Of a DNA stretch of 64,000 bases, positions 38,349 to 48,176 are shown piece after piece (position 1 is the stretch's first letter; every line of letters begins with the position of its first letter). The notes under the pieces were generated by a model that saw only the letters and a program-made list of their open reading frames with translations, was not told the DNA's origin and ran no database searches. Source of the DNA: Fibrobacteria bacterium (lineage in GTDB: Bacteria > Fibrobacterota > Fibrobacteria > UBA11236 > JADFYW01). Made by a program: the position numbers and the translations under genes. The DNA lies in the NCBI GenBank assembly GCA_050294405.1, contig JBNKOC010000028.1, positions 320,001-384,000 of the forward strand, read 5' to 3'.

Positions 38349-38942
38349 ATGATAATTATGAAAATAATAATATTCTGCTTTCTGTTTGCTGGCTGGGCAA
38401 AAATGGCTACGGCTAAGATTAATTTTATTCACGACAACCATTTCGCGGCTAATTTGAAATTCATTGGTCTTACTTATCATCCAGGCGGGGGTGAAGGGGA
38501 CTACCCCCTTTCTTTTGATAAAGAGGGTTTTTTGGTTTTGCAAACCGGTCTTGAGGCCGATGGCGACTACTATCTAAATCCATATATATTGATCCGCACC
38601 TCCACCAGTTTGTATCTGGATTGCGCTCTTTTGTGGTCCGGATTTTTTCATGTCGGGCCCCGACTCAATTTGCCATTAGGTGAAAGGCTGGAGTTTCGAA
38701 TTGGCATTGGTCCCACGCTGATTTGGCGGCAAAACTGGTGGGGAGAGGTGGATTGGTATAATGGAGATTTATTTTACGGCAAAGAAGAAAATAACAAGGC
38801 CATACAAACGGCCTATTTGTGGTATGGCGGCAATATTGAAATTGAATATAAATTAAATGAAAGTTTTAGCTTGGCCTATAGTGTTGTACCAGGCTATCCC
38901 CAGGTTTTTACCAATAGTTTTGGGGCTCGCAAGCATTTTTAA
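38349..38942 (+). CDS. Hypothetical exported protein, probable small outer-membrane beta-barrel
   Basis: Signal peptide, alternating amphipathic strands, terminal Phe. Confidence 0.55.
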   Translation: MIIMKIIIFCFLFAGWAKMATAKINFIHDNHFAANLKFIGLTYHPGGGEGDYPLSFDKEGFLVLQTGLEADGDYYLNPYILIRTSTSLYLDCALLWSGFFHVGPRLNLPLGERLEFRIGIGPTLIWRQNWWGEVDWYNGDLFYGKEENNKAIQTAYLWYGGNIEIEYKLNESFSLAYSVVPGYPQVFTNSFGARKHF

Positions 38943-38993
38943 GCAGGAACTGTATCCGACCCAAAATCAGTTGGACATTTATGGTTTGCATCC

Positions 38994-41285
38994 CTATTGG
39001 TAAAGCTGCAGGTTTCCGTTTTTAGTGGATCTAATTTTTAATATGTAAGGCGTTCCATATTTATGCCTCGGTAACAAACTTGCCAGCCTGTGGGTAAATT
39101 CCCCCTTAGGCAAGCTAAGATTTTTAGCCGCTAATCTTCTTCCCATATTGTCAAACAACACAATGCTCACGATATCTCTTTGTACTAATTGAAAGCGTAT
39201 GTTGTTGTCTCCAACGCCTACAAAATAAAATTCGGAATGAGGAGCTAGCTTTCCGGCTTGGGCGTCACTGGGTTTAATTGCAGTTCCCGTATATCGACTA
39301 AAGGGAACCACTGAAAACTGAGGCTCCGAAGAATAATCCTGCTTTGGATTTCTGGTTTCATATTTAATCCAAGCTTCTAATGCGCCCGGGACATCCAGAT
39401 CAACTGCAACTGCCAGAGCGGGTTGCATATTGGCTCCGTATCCCGTGGGGCTTTCCGGGTAACCGTTCATTTCAAGCCCATCGCAATTTTCAGCCGATAC
39501 ATTGGCGTCGTCATAGGCTTCAAAACTTGCAAAATACTCCCCATTTCCATCCTTTAATTCATCGGTGTATCTTGGGGCCTGGAGCCAGCAATTAGAGGCT
39601 ATCATGCGATTTATGGGGTAGGCTAATTTATAAAGGGCCATGGGCTTGATATTTTCATAGCCCATCAGGAAAATATAACCCACTGTCCAGGAAAAGAAAT
39701 CGTCCATCCATGGCCTTGGATCGGATGTTGTGAGGACCCCTAATTTATTGGCGGACGGATCCTGGGGGTAGAGGTTGTTGTAATTTTCAATATTGTTTTG
39801 GAGCATTTTTTCGAAATAATCTTTGAGAGGGTGGTCATCCGGAGTAATAAATGCGGCGTTGGCCAGAGTTCGCATGGTCCAGGCCTGTCCCCTGGTTTGA
39901 TTGTGGTTGAGGAGACCTTTGTCAAAACCCCGGTAGGATGGGTTTGAAACAATGGTGTTGTAGTTGGCCCAGAATTGAAGTTCTTCCAGGAAAAAATAAT
40001 CTCCGGAGCACAGGTAAGGCAAATAGGCAATGGAGGGTTGGTGTGCCTGGTCCGGTGTGTATTTCTCAAGTCCATTGGCTTCATCGGGAAAGGCTTCGCT
40101 TTTTCCGGTTTTTGGATTTATGGCATCGCTGGGATTGCCTAGCAAGGTCATGTAGGGAAAATCCACAATGGTTATGGGCAAGTCTGTATTTTGGTCCCGG
40201 TAATGGATTTGATAGCTTCCTCCGGCCTGCCCATTGGCAAAGGCACTTTTTAAGGCCCGAGTATTTTTTGAAGTCAGATAAAGGGCTGAAAAATTAGGTA
40301 GAGGCCCGATTCCGGCGTTGGCTCCTGTTTCCGGAAAATAGTCGGACAAATTCCCGTTGCTCATGGGGGGAAAATTCGTTTCCAATGCGGACAATGCGTT
40401 CGGGTCAATACTTATCCCCAAATTATAGGTTGGAACACTACGTGTTTGGATCAGATAGCTGTTATCGTGAGCATATTCCACGAAAGGCGCATCTCCAAGC
40501 CAATAAACTTTTCTCCATCGAGAATGATGGGTGTGCTCAATTCCCTGGATTTCATCCACTGCTTCGCCATTTAGCTCAAGGGTCGCATCATATACAAAGC
40601 CGGAGGGGTTTGGCACAAAACTCCAGGTGTTTTCTATGGATATATCCGCTCTTAAATGGTTTAACCCTTCATAGGCCCTAAGTTCCAGCCGCAGGCTGAG
40701 GTGTGGGTGAGGGGAGTTTTGATCGTCTTTAAAAGGGACTGATGTTATCCAGGAGGTTAAAATATTTCCCCCTAACCACTTTTTTGTTTTGGGTTGTTGC
40801 AAGGCCTCCATCAAATCAGCCGTATAAGTTGCACTACCGGTATATATAGACACTTTTCCCGAAAAATCGGAGCCCACCAAATCGGAAAGGTTAAGAGAAG
40901 CTTGGGTTGAAGTTTGGGATGTTTTTGAAATGATAAAGGTTTTATTTTGCTTTGCGTTAAATGTATTCGCCTTAAAAGAAATGATTCCGTGCCTGAGTGA
41001 GCCATCCGGCCATGTAGCCTTAACATCTAATTGGGTCGGAATTTCATTGTTGTTTTCATCTAATATGACGACGCCTGAATTTTCCGGAACATCCCCTAAT
41101 TTAAAAACCTGGCCAAATGTTATAGGTTCATTAGATACTTCGGATGTTCCGCTGTTCGTTAAATATAATTTGCAAATTTCTTGAGAAAACAATGCAGAGC
41201 TTGCAAAGAAAATTATGGATAAAATAAGCTTGTTGTTCCATTTTAAATACCACTTTTGATATTTGCTTACATTGGCAAAATGCAT
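38994..41285 (-). CDS. Secreted protein with PcRGLX/YetA-like architecture (beta domains + helical toroid) and T9SS-like tail; possible polysaccharide lyase
   Basis: PITFGQVFKLGDVP..PTQLDVKATWPDGSLRHG N-terminus, AHQPSIAYLPYL..GD..LEEL, QTRGQAW; GGAGG SD. Confidence 0.5.
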   Translation of the reverse strand: MHFANVSKYQKWYLKWNNKLILSIIFFASSALFSQEICKLYLTNSGTSEVSNEPITFGQVFKLGDVPENSGVVILDENNNEIPTQLDVKATWPDGSLRHGIISFKANTFNAKQNKTFIISKTSQTSTQASLNLSDLVGSDFSGKVSIYTGSATYTADLMEALQQPKTKKWLGGNILTSWITSVPFKDDQNSPHPHLSLRLELRAYEGLNHLRADISIENTWSFVPNPSGFVYDATLELNGEAVDEIQGIEHTHHSRWRKVYWLGDAPFVEYAHDNSYLIQTRSVPTYNLGISIDPNALSALETNFPPMSNGNLSDYFPETGANAGIGPLPNFSALYLTSKNTRALKSAFANGQAGGSYQIHYRDQNTDLPITIVDFPYMTLLGNPSDAINPKTGKSEAFPDEANGLEKYTPDQAHQPSIAYLPYLCSGDYFFLEELQFWANYNTIVSNPSYRGFDKGLLNHNQTRGQAWTMRTLANAAFITPDDHPLKDYFEKMLQNNIENYNNLYPQDPSANKLGVLTTSDPRPWMDDFFSWTVGYIFLMGYENIKPMALYKLAYPINRMIASNCWLQAPRYTDELKDGNGEYFASFEAYDDANVSAENCDGLEMNGYPESPTGYGANMQPALAVAVDLDVPGALEAWIKYETRNPKQDYSSEPQFSVVPFSRYTGTAIKPSDAQAGKLAPHSEFYFVGVGDNNIRFQLVQRDIVSIVLFDNMGRRLAAKNLSLPKGEFTHRLASLLPRHKYGTPYILKIRSTKNGNLQLYQ

Positions 41286-41492
41286 TTTATGGACCTCCCG
41301 GGAGAATCAAAAATTTCTAATAAAAGAGGAATGAACTGTATCGATTTATTATACGATTCTATCATCTATTATGTAAAAGTTTGTGGATAATGACAAATTT
41401 ATGGGCCGAAGAAAGGCGTTTTTTTGAATTTAAACAAGCGTTCTATGTGTTTTAGACTAGTTAAATAGAAAATAGTTGCATACATTTTAACT

Positions 41493-42380
41493 ATGCAGAC
41501 TGAATTTTTATTTCCGGCAAAAATTAAAAAACTCGAGTCTCTGGAAATCATAAGGTATCTACCCCGTTCAAATTTGAGATCCCTGGGGCCTTTTGTACTC
41601 ATCGACAAGATGGGGCCAGCAGTCATTAGCCCCAATTCTCAATTCGATTTAGGTCAGCATCCTCATATAGGACTTTCCACCTTGACCTATTTGTTTAAGG
41701 GGAGTGTGTTACATAAGGATTCCACTGGAGCTGAACAAATGATACATCCCGGAGATGTAAATTGGATGACGGCCGGAAAAGGCGTAGTCCATGTTGAAAA
41801 ATCTTTTCCTGAGTTTGAAAAAAAAAATTCCTTTGAAATTGAGGGTTTTCAAATTTGGGTGGCTTTACCAAAAGATAAAGAGAATGTATCTGCCAGTTTT
41901 AACCATATTCCATCCCAGCAATTGCCACAATGGCTGGAAGGCTCTTTAAAATTCAAGCTCATTGCTGGAGAGGCTTTTGGAGAAAAATCTCCGGTTCCTG
42001 TGTTTGGTCCCATGTATATGATTGAAATTGAATCCCTAAAAGATGCTGAATTTGATTTAAGGGAGGGTTTATATGGGGAGCTGGGAATTTGTCTTATTAA
42101 GGGAAAACTATTCTTTCGAAATGACGCTATAAATTCGAAGGACCTGCTTTACTGTAGCGAGCCCGCTCAAATCAGTATTCGGTTGGCGGCTCATAGCAAA
42201 ATTTTGCTTTTTGGTGGGCCCAAACTCACTGAGCCTAGGCGTATGGATTGGAACTTTGTTTCCACTAATGAGGAAAGAATCCAAGAGGCTATTAGAAAAT
42301 GGATTTCTAAAGATTTTGAAATGATTCCAGGTGAAAATAGCTATATGCCATATCCTCAAAAATCCCAAAAATCCAAATAA
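41493..42380 (+). CDS. Pirin family protein
   Basis: GPFVLID, HPHIG, HKDS.G, PGDVNWMTAGKGVVH.E, WNFVS. Confidence 0.95.
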   Translation: MQTEFLFPAKIKKLESLEIIRYLPRSNLRSLGPFVLIDKMGPAVISPNSQFDLGQHPHIGLSTLTYLFKGSVLHKDSTGAEQMIHPGDVNWMTAGKGVVHVEKSFPEFEKKNSFEIEGFQIWVALPKDKENVSASFNHIPSQQLPQWLEGSLKFKLIAGEAFGEKSPVPVFGPMYMIEIESLKDAEFDLREGLYGELGICLIKGKLFFRNDAINSKDLLYCSEPAQISIRLAAHSKILLFGGPKLTEPRRMDWNFVSTNEERIQEAIRKWISKDFEMIPGENSYMPYPQKSQKSK

Positions 42381-42551
42381 TCGATATTGTTTTAGTGGAT
42401 TAAAATTGTCGGTTTTTTATACAAAAATCGAAATTTTTTACATGCAAAATACTAGGCTATCCATTTTGGCGTCTTTCAGCCAATTAATTTCATTACAATT
42501 TGGCTTAAATTTTGCATCTTTGCAGACATTGCTCCACGAAAAGGATAGGAA

Positions 42552-45500
42552 ATGTTAATGAAAACAAACGGAAAATTTGCAGTAGGCAAATTGAAAAACT
42601 TGTGTGCCATTGGGGTTTTGATGTTCTCCATAAACGTCAATGCTCAGTTTATCAATGTAGAAGGACTTACTTTTCCCGAAAACGCTTTTATTGATACCAT
42701 TTTATCAACTGATTTTACCGGTACTTTCACTGCGGTTAACGGTGCCACGGCAAACTCATTGATAGAAGCTATTGGCGGCTCCAATATGAATACCTGGATG
42801 GATTACGGCCCTCACGATATGGTTCCCGGCGATGATGGGGACTATAATTCCGCGGCTCCTCCAACCCAGTATGTGGAAATAGGATTTACAGATAATGTGG
42901 TATACAATGGCCCTGGAGCGGACATTGTAGTCTTTGAAAGTGGAGACCCTCCAAACGCCACCTTAATTGGATTGGACTATTTTTCAATTATGAACCCCTA
43001 TGATCCTGCCGCTAAGGTATTTGTGGTGGAAGGAGAGTGGCATAACGCCAATACAAATGTGGGCTATTTGGATTTATCCGATTTGGGAGTTGCTTTTGGC
43101 GATTCTGTCAGCAACTTATTTATTTCCTCTGCCCGCGGCCCTGATGGAAACATTTATTGGCATATGCCTGGGTTTCCCGATTGGGGAGTTCCTGAAATAC
43201 AAGCTATTGGGGCTATTCACGCAAGCGTGGAGTTGGAGGCGGCTTTGGATTTTCGCATCAACGCTTCTAATAACGATGCGGAAGAATTGGCCAGCGGCAA
43301 TGTACTTCTTGGGAGTTCTGATTTGGAAATGGCCGATGATGATGCGGGAAACCAGGTAATCGGTTTGCGTTTTACCACAGTAAATATTCCTGTAGACGCC
43401 ATAATTGATACTGCATATCTGGAGTTCGAAACAGACGAAACTTATTCAGGTGCCACGGACTTAACTATTCATGGCGAGGCCTCCGATAATCCGGTGGCAT
43501 ATAGCTCCAGCAGCAATAACATTAGCTCCCGTCCGCTAACTTCTGAATTTGCTCTATGGAGTCCGGGCCCCTGGAATGTTGTCAATGAAAAACACCAATC
43601 TACTGATATTAGCAATATTGTTCAGGAAATAATTGGTCGGGAGGGTTGGTCCTCCAGCAATGCCATGGCCTTTGTGATCTCTGGTACGGGTCGAAGGACT
43701 GCTGAATCTTATGATGGTGAATCTGCAGCTGCGCCTTTGTTGCACGTATATTACCACATGGGCCCTCCTGTAAACAAAGCTCCTAAAGCCAATGCAGGCG
43801 GAAATATGATTGTGGATGTCACCGCAGGAAGCTTTGTGTTGAGCGGGCTGATTTCCGACGATGGTTTGCCTGAAGGCTCCGCACTTAATGTTTTATGGAG
43901 CCAAATATTAGGCCCATTAAGCGCTGGAATTGTTTCACCTAATGCAAATTCCACAACTGTGAATATTTCTGAAGCAGGAAACTACAGTTTTGAACTTTCG
44001 GTGAGCGATGGAGAATATGTCACTTTGGATACAGTGGATGTTTTGGTTACAGAACCTGACTTAACTGCGCCAAGTGTGCCTTCAAATTTGATTTTGACCT
44101 CAGTGGCCTATAACTTGGTGGAGTTGAGTTGGGACCCATCCACTGATAATATTGCGGTTCAAGGATACAATGTGTATCGGAACGGCGCTTTTTTGGGAAC
44201 CGTAGGGGGGACAATCTATAGCGATCCCAGTGTAAGTCCTCTAAATTCCTATAACTATACAGTGGAAGCTTTTGATGCCAACAGCAACTACAGTGGCCAA
44301 TCTACAGGGGTACTTGCAGAAACTCCAGAAGCCTCTTTAGTGTTTGATGTCCAAATCACCAATGGGAACAACGATGTGGAAGAAGGTCAGGATGGAACCA
44401 TGCTTATGGGAAGCTCAGATTTAGAATTGGTGGATGATCCGGGAGCAGGCAATCAGGTTATTGGGCTTCGTTTTACCAATGTTAATCTTCCAGTGGGCGC
44501 TCAGGTCACTTCAGCCTTTATAGAATTCGAAGTGGATGAAACAAGCAACGGTCCTGCATCTTTAAACATTACAGCTCAGTCCAGCGACAATGGGGAAGCT
44601 TTTTCCAATTCGGCCTTTGATGTTTCTAACAGGGCCACTGTTGGATACAGTGTGGCTTGGGATAATGTGCCGGGCTGGACTGCAGTGGATGCGCGCCACC
44701 AAACCCCTAATTTGGCCACAGTGATCCAACCTGTTTTAAACCGTGCGGGCTGGACTTCCGGCAATGCTTTGGTATTTATTATTTCCGGAACCGGAGTAAG
44801 AGTTGCCGAAGCCTATGATGGAGAACCCAATGCAGCGGCACATTTACATGTGGAATATGTGGTGGGACCTCCAGTAAATATGCCTCCCTCTGCCAATGCA
44901 GGTTCTGATATAATTGCCGATATAAGCCTTGGGCCCATAGCTCTGGATGGCTCTTATTCGGATGATGGCCTTCCGCCCAATACAATTAGCTCCAACTGGA
45001 GTCAAATATCCGGGCCGGGCACCCTTAGCTTTGCAAATGCAGCTTTGCTTCAAACCACGCTCACTGCCGATGCCATTGGAGATTACCAGGTAGAATTAAT
45101 GGTGAGCGATGGAGAGTATTCGGACTATGATACATTATTGCTGAGCATTACAGAACCCGATCTCACACCCCCTTCAACTCCTCAAAATTTACAACTGCTT
45201 ACAGCTACAGCCTCTATCGTGGAGTTTTCCTGGAACCCATCCACAGATAATGTGGGCGTATTAGAGTACCAGATTTACAGAAATGGGGCCTTTATTGGAA
45301 ACAGTCCTAATTCCTCTTACGTGGATAACACAGTTAGTTCTCTGCAAGATTATGGCTACAGTGTTTTTGCTGTCGACTTATCTTCCAATGTTTCTTTAGA
45401 ATCCCCGGTCTTGAATGTTTCTACTCCAGATGAAGCGCTTAGCTTTGATGGTCAAATTTCCAATGGAAATGATGATGTGGAAGAAGGCCCCACAGGCACA

Positions 45501-48176
45501 ATGTTAATGAATAGTTCAGACCTGGAATTGGTGGATGATCCCGGTGCGGGAAATCAAACCATTGGCCTTCGTTTCCCCAATATTTCTATTCCCCAGGGAG
45601 CAGTTATCACTTTAGCTTACCTTCAGTTTGAAGTGGATGAAACCGGAGCTTCTGCAACCAACTTGACTATCGCAGCTGAAGATGCGGATAACGCTGCCCC
45701 ATTTACCAGCTCTAATGGAAATGTATCATCCCGTAGCCCGGTGTTTACTTCTGTTCAATGGGATAACTTGCCAGCTTGGAATGCAGTAGATGTGAAACAT
45801 CAAACTCCAAACCTGGCAAGTATTATTCAGCCCGTCGTGAACCGTTTGGGTTGGTCCGAAGGCAATGCAATGTCTTTTATAATTACCGGAACTGGTTTGA
45901 GAACGGCGGAAGCCTATGAAGGAGAAACTGCTGCTGCGGCAGAGTTGCACATTGAATACAATCTGGGAGATCCGGTGAATCAAGCTCCCATTGCTAATGC
46001 TGGAAGTGATATTATTCATGATATCACTTTGGGAAACGTATCTCTCAACGGACAGGCTTCAGATGATGGGTTACCAGAAGGCAGCAGTCTTTCAAATAGC
46101 TGGAGCCAGGTTTACGGTAGCGGAACCGCAACATTCAGTAACGAGTTTGATTTAAACTCTCAGGTTAGTTTTGATGTTGTGGGAATTTACGGCCTGCAAT
46201 TAGCGGTTAGTGATGGAGAGCTTACAGACTACGATACTTTGGAAGTAGAAGTCACAGAACCTGATTTAACCGCTCCTTCCGTTCCGTTAAACTTAGTGGC
46301 TGATGCCGCCTCTGCAAACCAAATTGATTTAAACTGGGATGCTAGCACAGATAACATTGGAGTGGATTTTTATACCGTATACCGCAACAATGTTCAGGTA
46401 GCTACAGTGACTGGCACCAGCTATAGTGATGGAGGATTGTTTCCCTTAACAGAATACAGCTACACTGTCGATGCGGTTGATTTTTCAGGCAACCACTCCA
46501 ACGAGTCACCCTCCGCTTTGGCAACCACCCTGGAACTGAGTTTTGAATTCGAAGTCCGGGTATCCAGCAGCGCTGATGATGCCGAAGAAATGGAATCAGG
46601 AGTTATGCTGTTAGGCAGTTCCGATTTGGAATTGGTGGATGACCCCGCAGGTGGGGGAAACCAATTGGTGGGAGTTCGCTTCCGAGATGTAGCTATTCCT
46701 GCAAATGCTCAAATTACTGCTGCCTATATTGAATTTGAAGTAGATGAAACTGGAAACGATGTGGCAAATATAAGCATTTCTGCGGAAGACTCCGATAACC
46801 CTGGGGCATTTGGAAGTTCCACAAATAATATTTCAACACGTGCCCTAATTCCTGTGGCAGTGGACTGGAATAACATTGAGCCCTGGAATACTGTGAATGC
46901 CACTCATCAAACTTCAGATATCTCTGCTTTAATTCAAAATCTGGTTTACCGGCCAGGCTGGGCAGAGGGAAATAGCATGGTATTTGTATTTTCTGGAAGT
47001 GGATGGCGTACAGCTGAGGCTTATGATGGAGAATCAGCAGCAGCCCCATTGTTGCATATTGAATATTTGCCAGGCGAACCTGGAAACCGTGCTCCGCTTG
47101 TAAATGCCGGGCCAGATGCGGTAACCTCAATTGTTTCCAGCTATGAGCTTGCTGGAAGCGCAAGCGATGACGGTCTTCCCGAAGGAAGCCCATTATCCTA
47201 TTTGTGGAGGCAGTTAAGCGGACCTGCCACAGCAGTATTTTCAGATACAACTGTGGCGACCCCTTCTGTAACTTTCCCATCCGCGGGTGTGTACAGTTTT
47301 GAGCTGTCCGTGGATGATGGAGAGCTAGAAGGGAGCGATGAGGTTAGCCTAACTGTAACCGAACCCGATCTGGCAGCTCCTTCAGTTCCTCAGAACTTAG
47401 ATGCAGTGGGTGTTGGCCCAAGTCAAATTAATTTGTCCTGGGACGCCAGCACGGATAATATTGCTGTTGCGGGTTATGATATTTACATGGACGGCGGTTT
47501 GATTGGAAATACCAGCAGCACTCAATTTAGCGTAACTGGTCTTAGCCTGTTGACGAGCTACTCCTTTACTGTGGAGGCCTATGATGCCTCTGGAAATTAT
47601 TCTGGCCAAAGCATTTCTGCCATCGGCCAAACCACCGATATGATATTCCAATTTGAAACCCGCATAAATAGCGGTAACAATGATGTGGAAGAATATCCAA
47701 ATGGATACATATTGATGGGAAGTTCCGATTTGGAAATTGTGGATGATGTTTCCGGTTCAGGCTTGCAAGTAATTGGCCTAAGGTTCACGGGAGTAAATAT
47801 TCCTCAAGGGGCTACCATTACCAATGCTTATATAGAGTTTGAAACAGACGAAGTAAGTAACGGTACAGCAAACTTCGAAATATTTGGCGAAGATGTGGAT
47901 TATGCCCCCGCTTTTAGCAATGCGAGTTATGATGTGTCAAACAGACTAACAGTTCCAAATTCTGTTTTATGGAGCAACGTGGAAAACTGGAGTGCAGTTG
48001 ACGCCACTCACCAGACTCCAAACATCGCAGCAGTTATTCAGGATATTGTAGATAGAGGTGGTTGGAATTCCGGAAACCCTTTGGTGATAATGATTACAGG
48101 CGCGGGAACCCGAACTGCTGAAGCTTATGATGGAGAATCTTCAGCTGCTCCGCTTCTTCATATTGAATATCAGTAA
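42552..48176 (+). CDS. 1874-aa acidic secreted surface protein: N-domain + 4x[SSDLE/GLRF jelly-roll-like domain, PKD-like, FN3] + fifth jelly-roll-like domain
   Basis: Signal peptide; five SSDLE..IGLRF..AEAYDGE..APLLH.EY domains, four N.AP.ANAG..SDDGLP PKD-like domains, four EPDL..PS.P..W..STDN FN3 domains. Confidence 0.85.
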   Translation: MLMKTNGKFAVGKLKNLCAIGVLMFSINVNAQFINVEGLTFPENAFIDTILSTDFTGTFTAVNGATANSLIEAIGGSNMNTWMDYGPHDMVPGDDGDYNSAAPPTQYVEIGFTDNVVYNGPGADIVVFESGDPPNATLIGLDYFSIMNPYDPAAKVFVVEGEWHNANTNVGYLDLSDLGVAFGDSVSNLFISSARGPDGNIYWHMPGFPDWGVPEIQAIGAIHASVELEAALDFRINASNNDAEELASGNVLLGSSDLEMADDDAGNQVIGLRFTTVNIPVDAIIDTAYLEFETDETYSGATDLTIHGEASDNPVAYSSSSNNISSRPLTSEFALWSPGPWNVVNEKHQSTDISNIVQEIIGREGWSSSNAMAFVISGTGRRTAESYDGESAAAPLLHVYYHMGPPVNKAPKANAGGNMIVDVTAGSFVLSGLISDDGLPEGSALNVLWSQILGPLSAGIVSPNANSTTVNISEAGNYSFELSVSDGEYVTLDTVDVLVTEPDLTAPSVPSNLILTSVAYNLVELSWDPSTDNIAVQGYNVYRNGAFLGTVGGTIYSDPSVSPLNSYNYTVEAFDANSNYSGQSTGVLAETPEASLVFDVQITNGNNDVEEGQDGTMLMGSSDLELVDDPGAGNQVIGLRFTNVNLPVGAQVTSAFIEFEVDETSNGPASLNITAQSSDNGEAFSNSAFDVSNRATVGYSVAWDNVPGWTAVDARHQTPNLATVIQPVLNRAGWTSGNALVFIISGTGVRVAEAYDGEPNAAAHLHVEYVVGPPVNMPPSANAGSDIIADISLGPIALDGSYSDDGLPPNTISSNWSQISGPGTLSFANAALLQTTLTADAIGDYQVELMVSDGEYSDYDTLLLSITEPDLTPPSTPQNLQLLTATASIVEFSWNPSTDNVGVLEYQIYRNGAFIGNSPNSSYVDNTVSSLQDYGYSVFAVDLSSNVSLESPVLNVSTPDEALSFDGQISNGNDDVEEGPTGTMLMNSSDLELVDDPGAGNQTIGLRFPNISIPQGAVITLAYLQFEVDETGASATNLTIAAEDADNAAPFTSSNGNVSSRSPVFTSVQWDNLPAWNAVDVKHQTPNLASIIQPVVNRLGWSEGNAMSFIITGTGLRTAEAYEGETAAAAELHIEYNLGDPVNQAPIANAGSDIIHDITLGNVSLNGQASDDGLPEGSSLSNSWSQVYGSGTATFSNEFDLNSQVSFDVVGIYGLQLAVSDGELTDYDTLEVEVTEPDLTAPSVPLNLVADAASANQIDLNWDASTDNIGVDFYTVYRNNVQVATVTGTSYSDGGLFPLTEYSYTVDAVDFSGNHSNESPSALATTLELSFEFEVRVSSSADDAEEMESGVMLLGSSDLELVDDPAGGGNQLVGVRFRDVAIPANAQITAAYIEFEVDETGNDVANISISAEDSDNPGAFGSSTNNISTRALIPVAVDWNNIEPWNTVNATHQTSDISALIQNLVYRPGWAEGNSMVFVFSGSGWRTAEAYDGESAAAPLLHIEYLPGEPGNRAPLVNAGPDAVTSIVSSYELAGSASDDGLPEGSPLSYLWRQLSGPATAVFSDTTVATPSVTFPSAGVYSFELSVDDGELEGSDEVSLTVTEPDLAAPSVPQNLDAVGVGPSQINLSWDASTDNIAVAGYDIYMDGGLIGNTSSTQFSVTGLSLLTSYSFTVEAYDASGNYSGQSISAIGQTTDMIFQFETRINSGNNDVEEYPNGYILMGSSDLEIVDDVSGSGLQVIGLRFTGVNIPQGATITNAYIEFETDEVSNGTANFEIFGEDVDYAPAFSNASYDVSNRLTVPNSVLWSNVENWSAVDATHQTPNIAAVIQDIVDRGGWNSGNPLVIMITGAGTRTAEAYDGESSAAPLLHIEYQ
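43245..48173 (+). repeat. Tandem ~1.1-kb module repeats within the surface protein
   Basis: Module starts near 43245, 44340, 45440, 46540, 47640; diverged at DNA level. Confidence 0.85.

Noticed and set aside
46714..47280. 188-aa antisense ORF inside the repeat surface protein
   Set aside because: Fully nested with an implausible composition; likely a by-product of codon bias.
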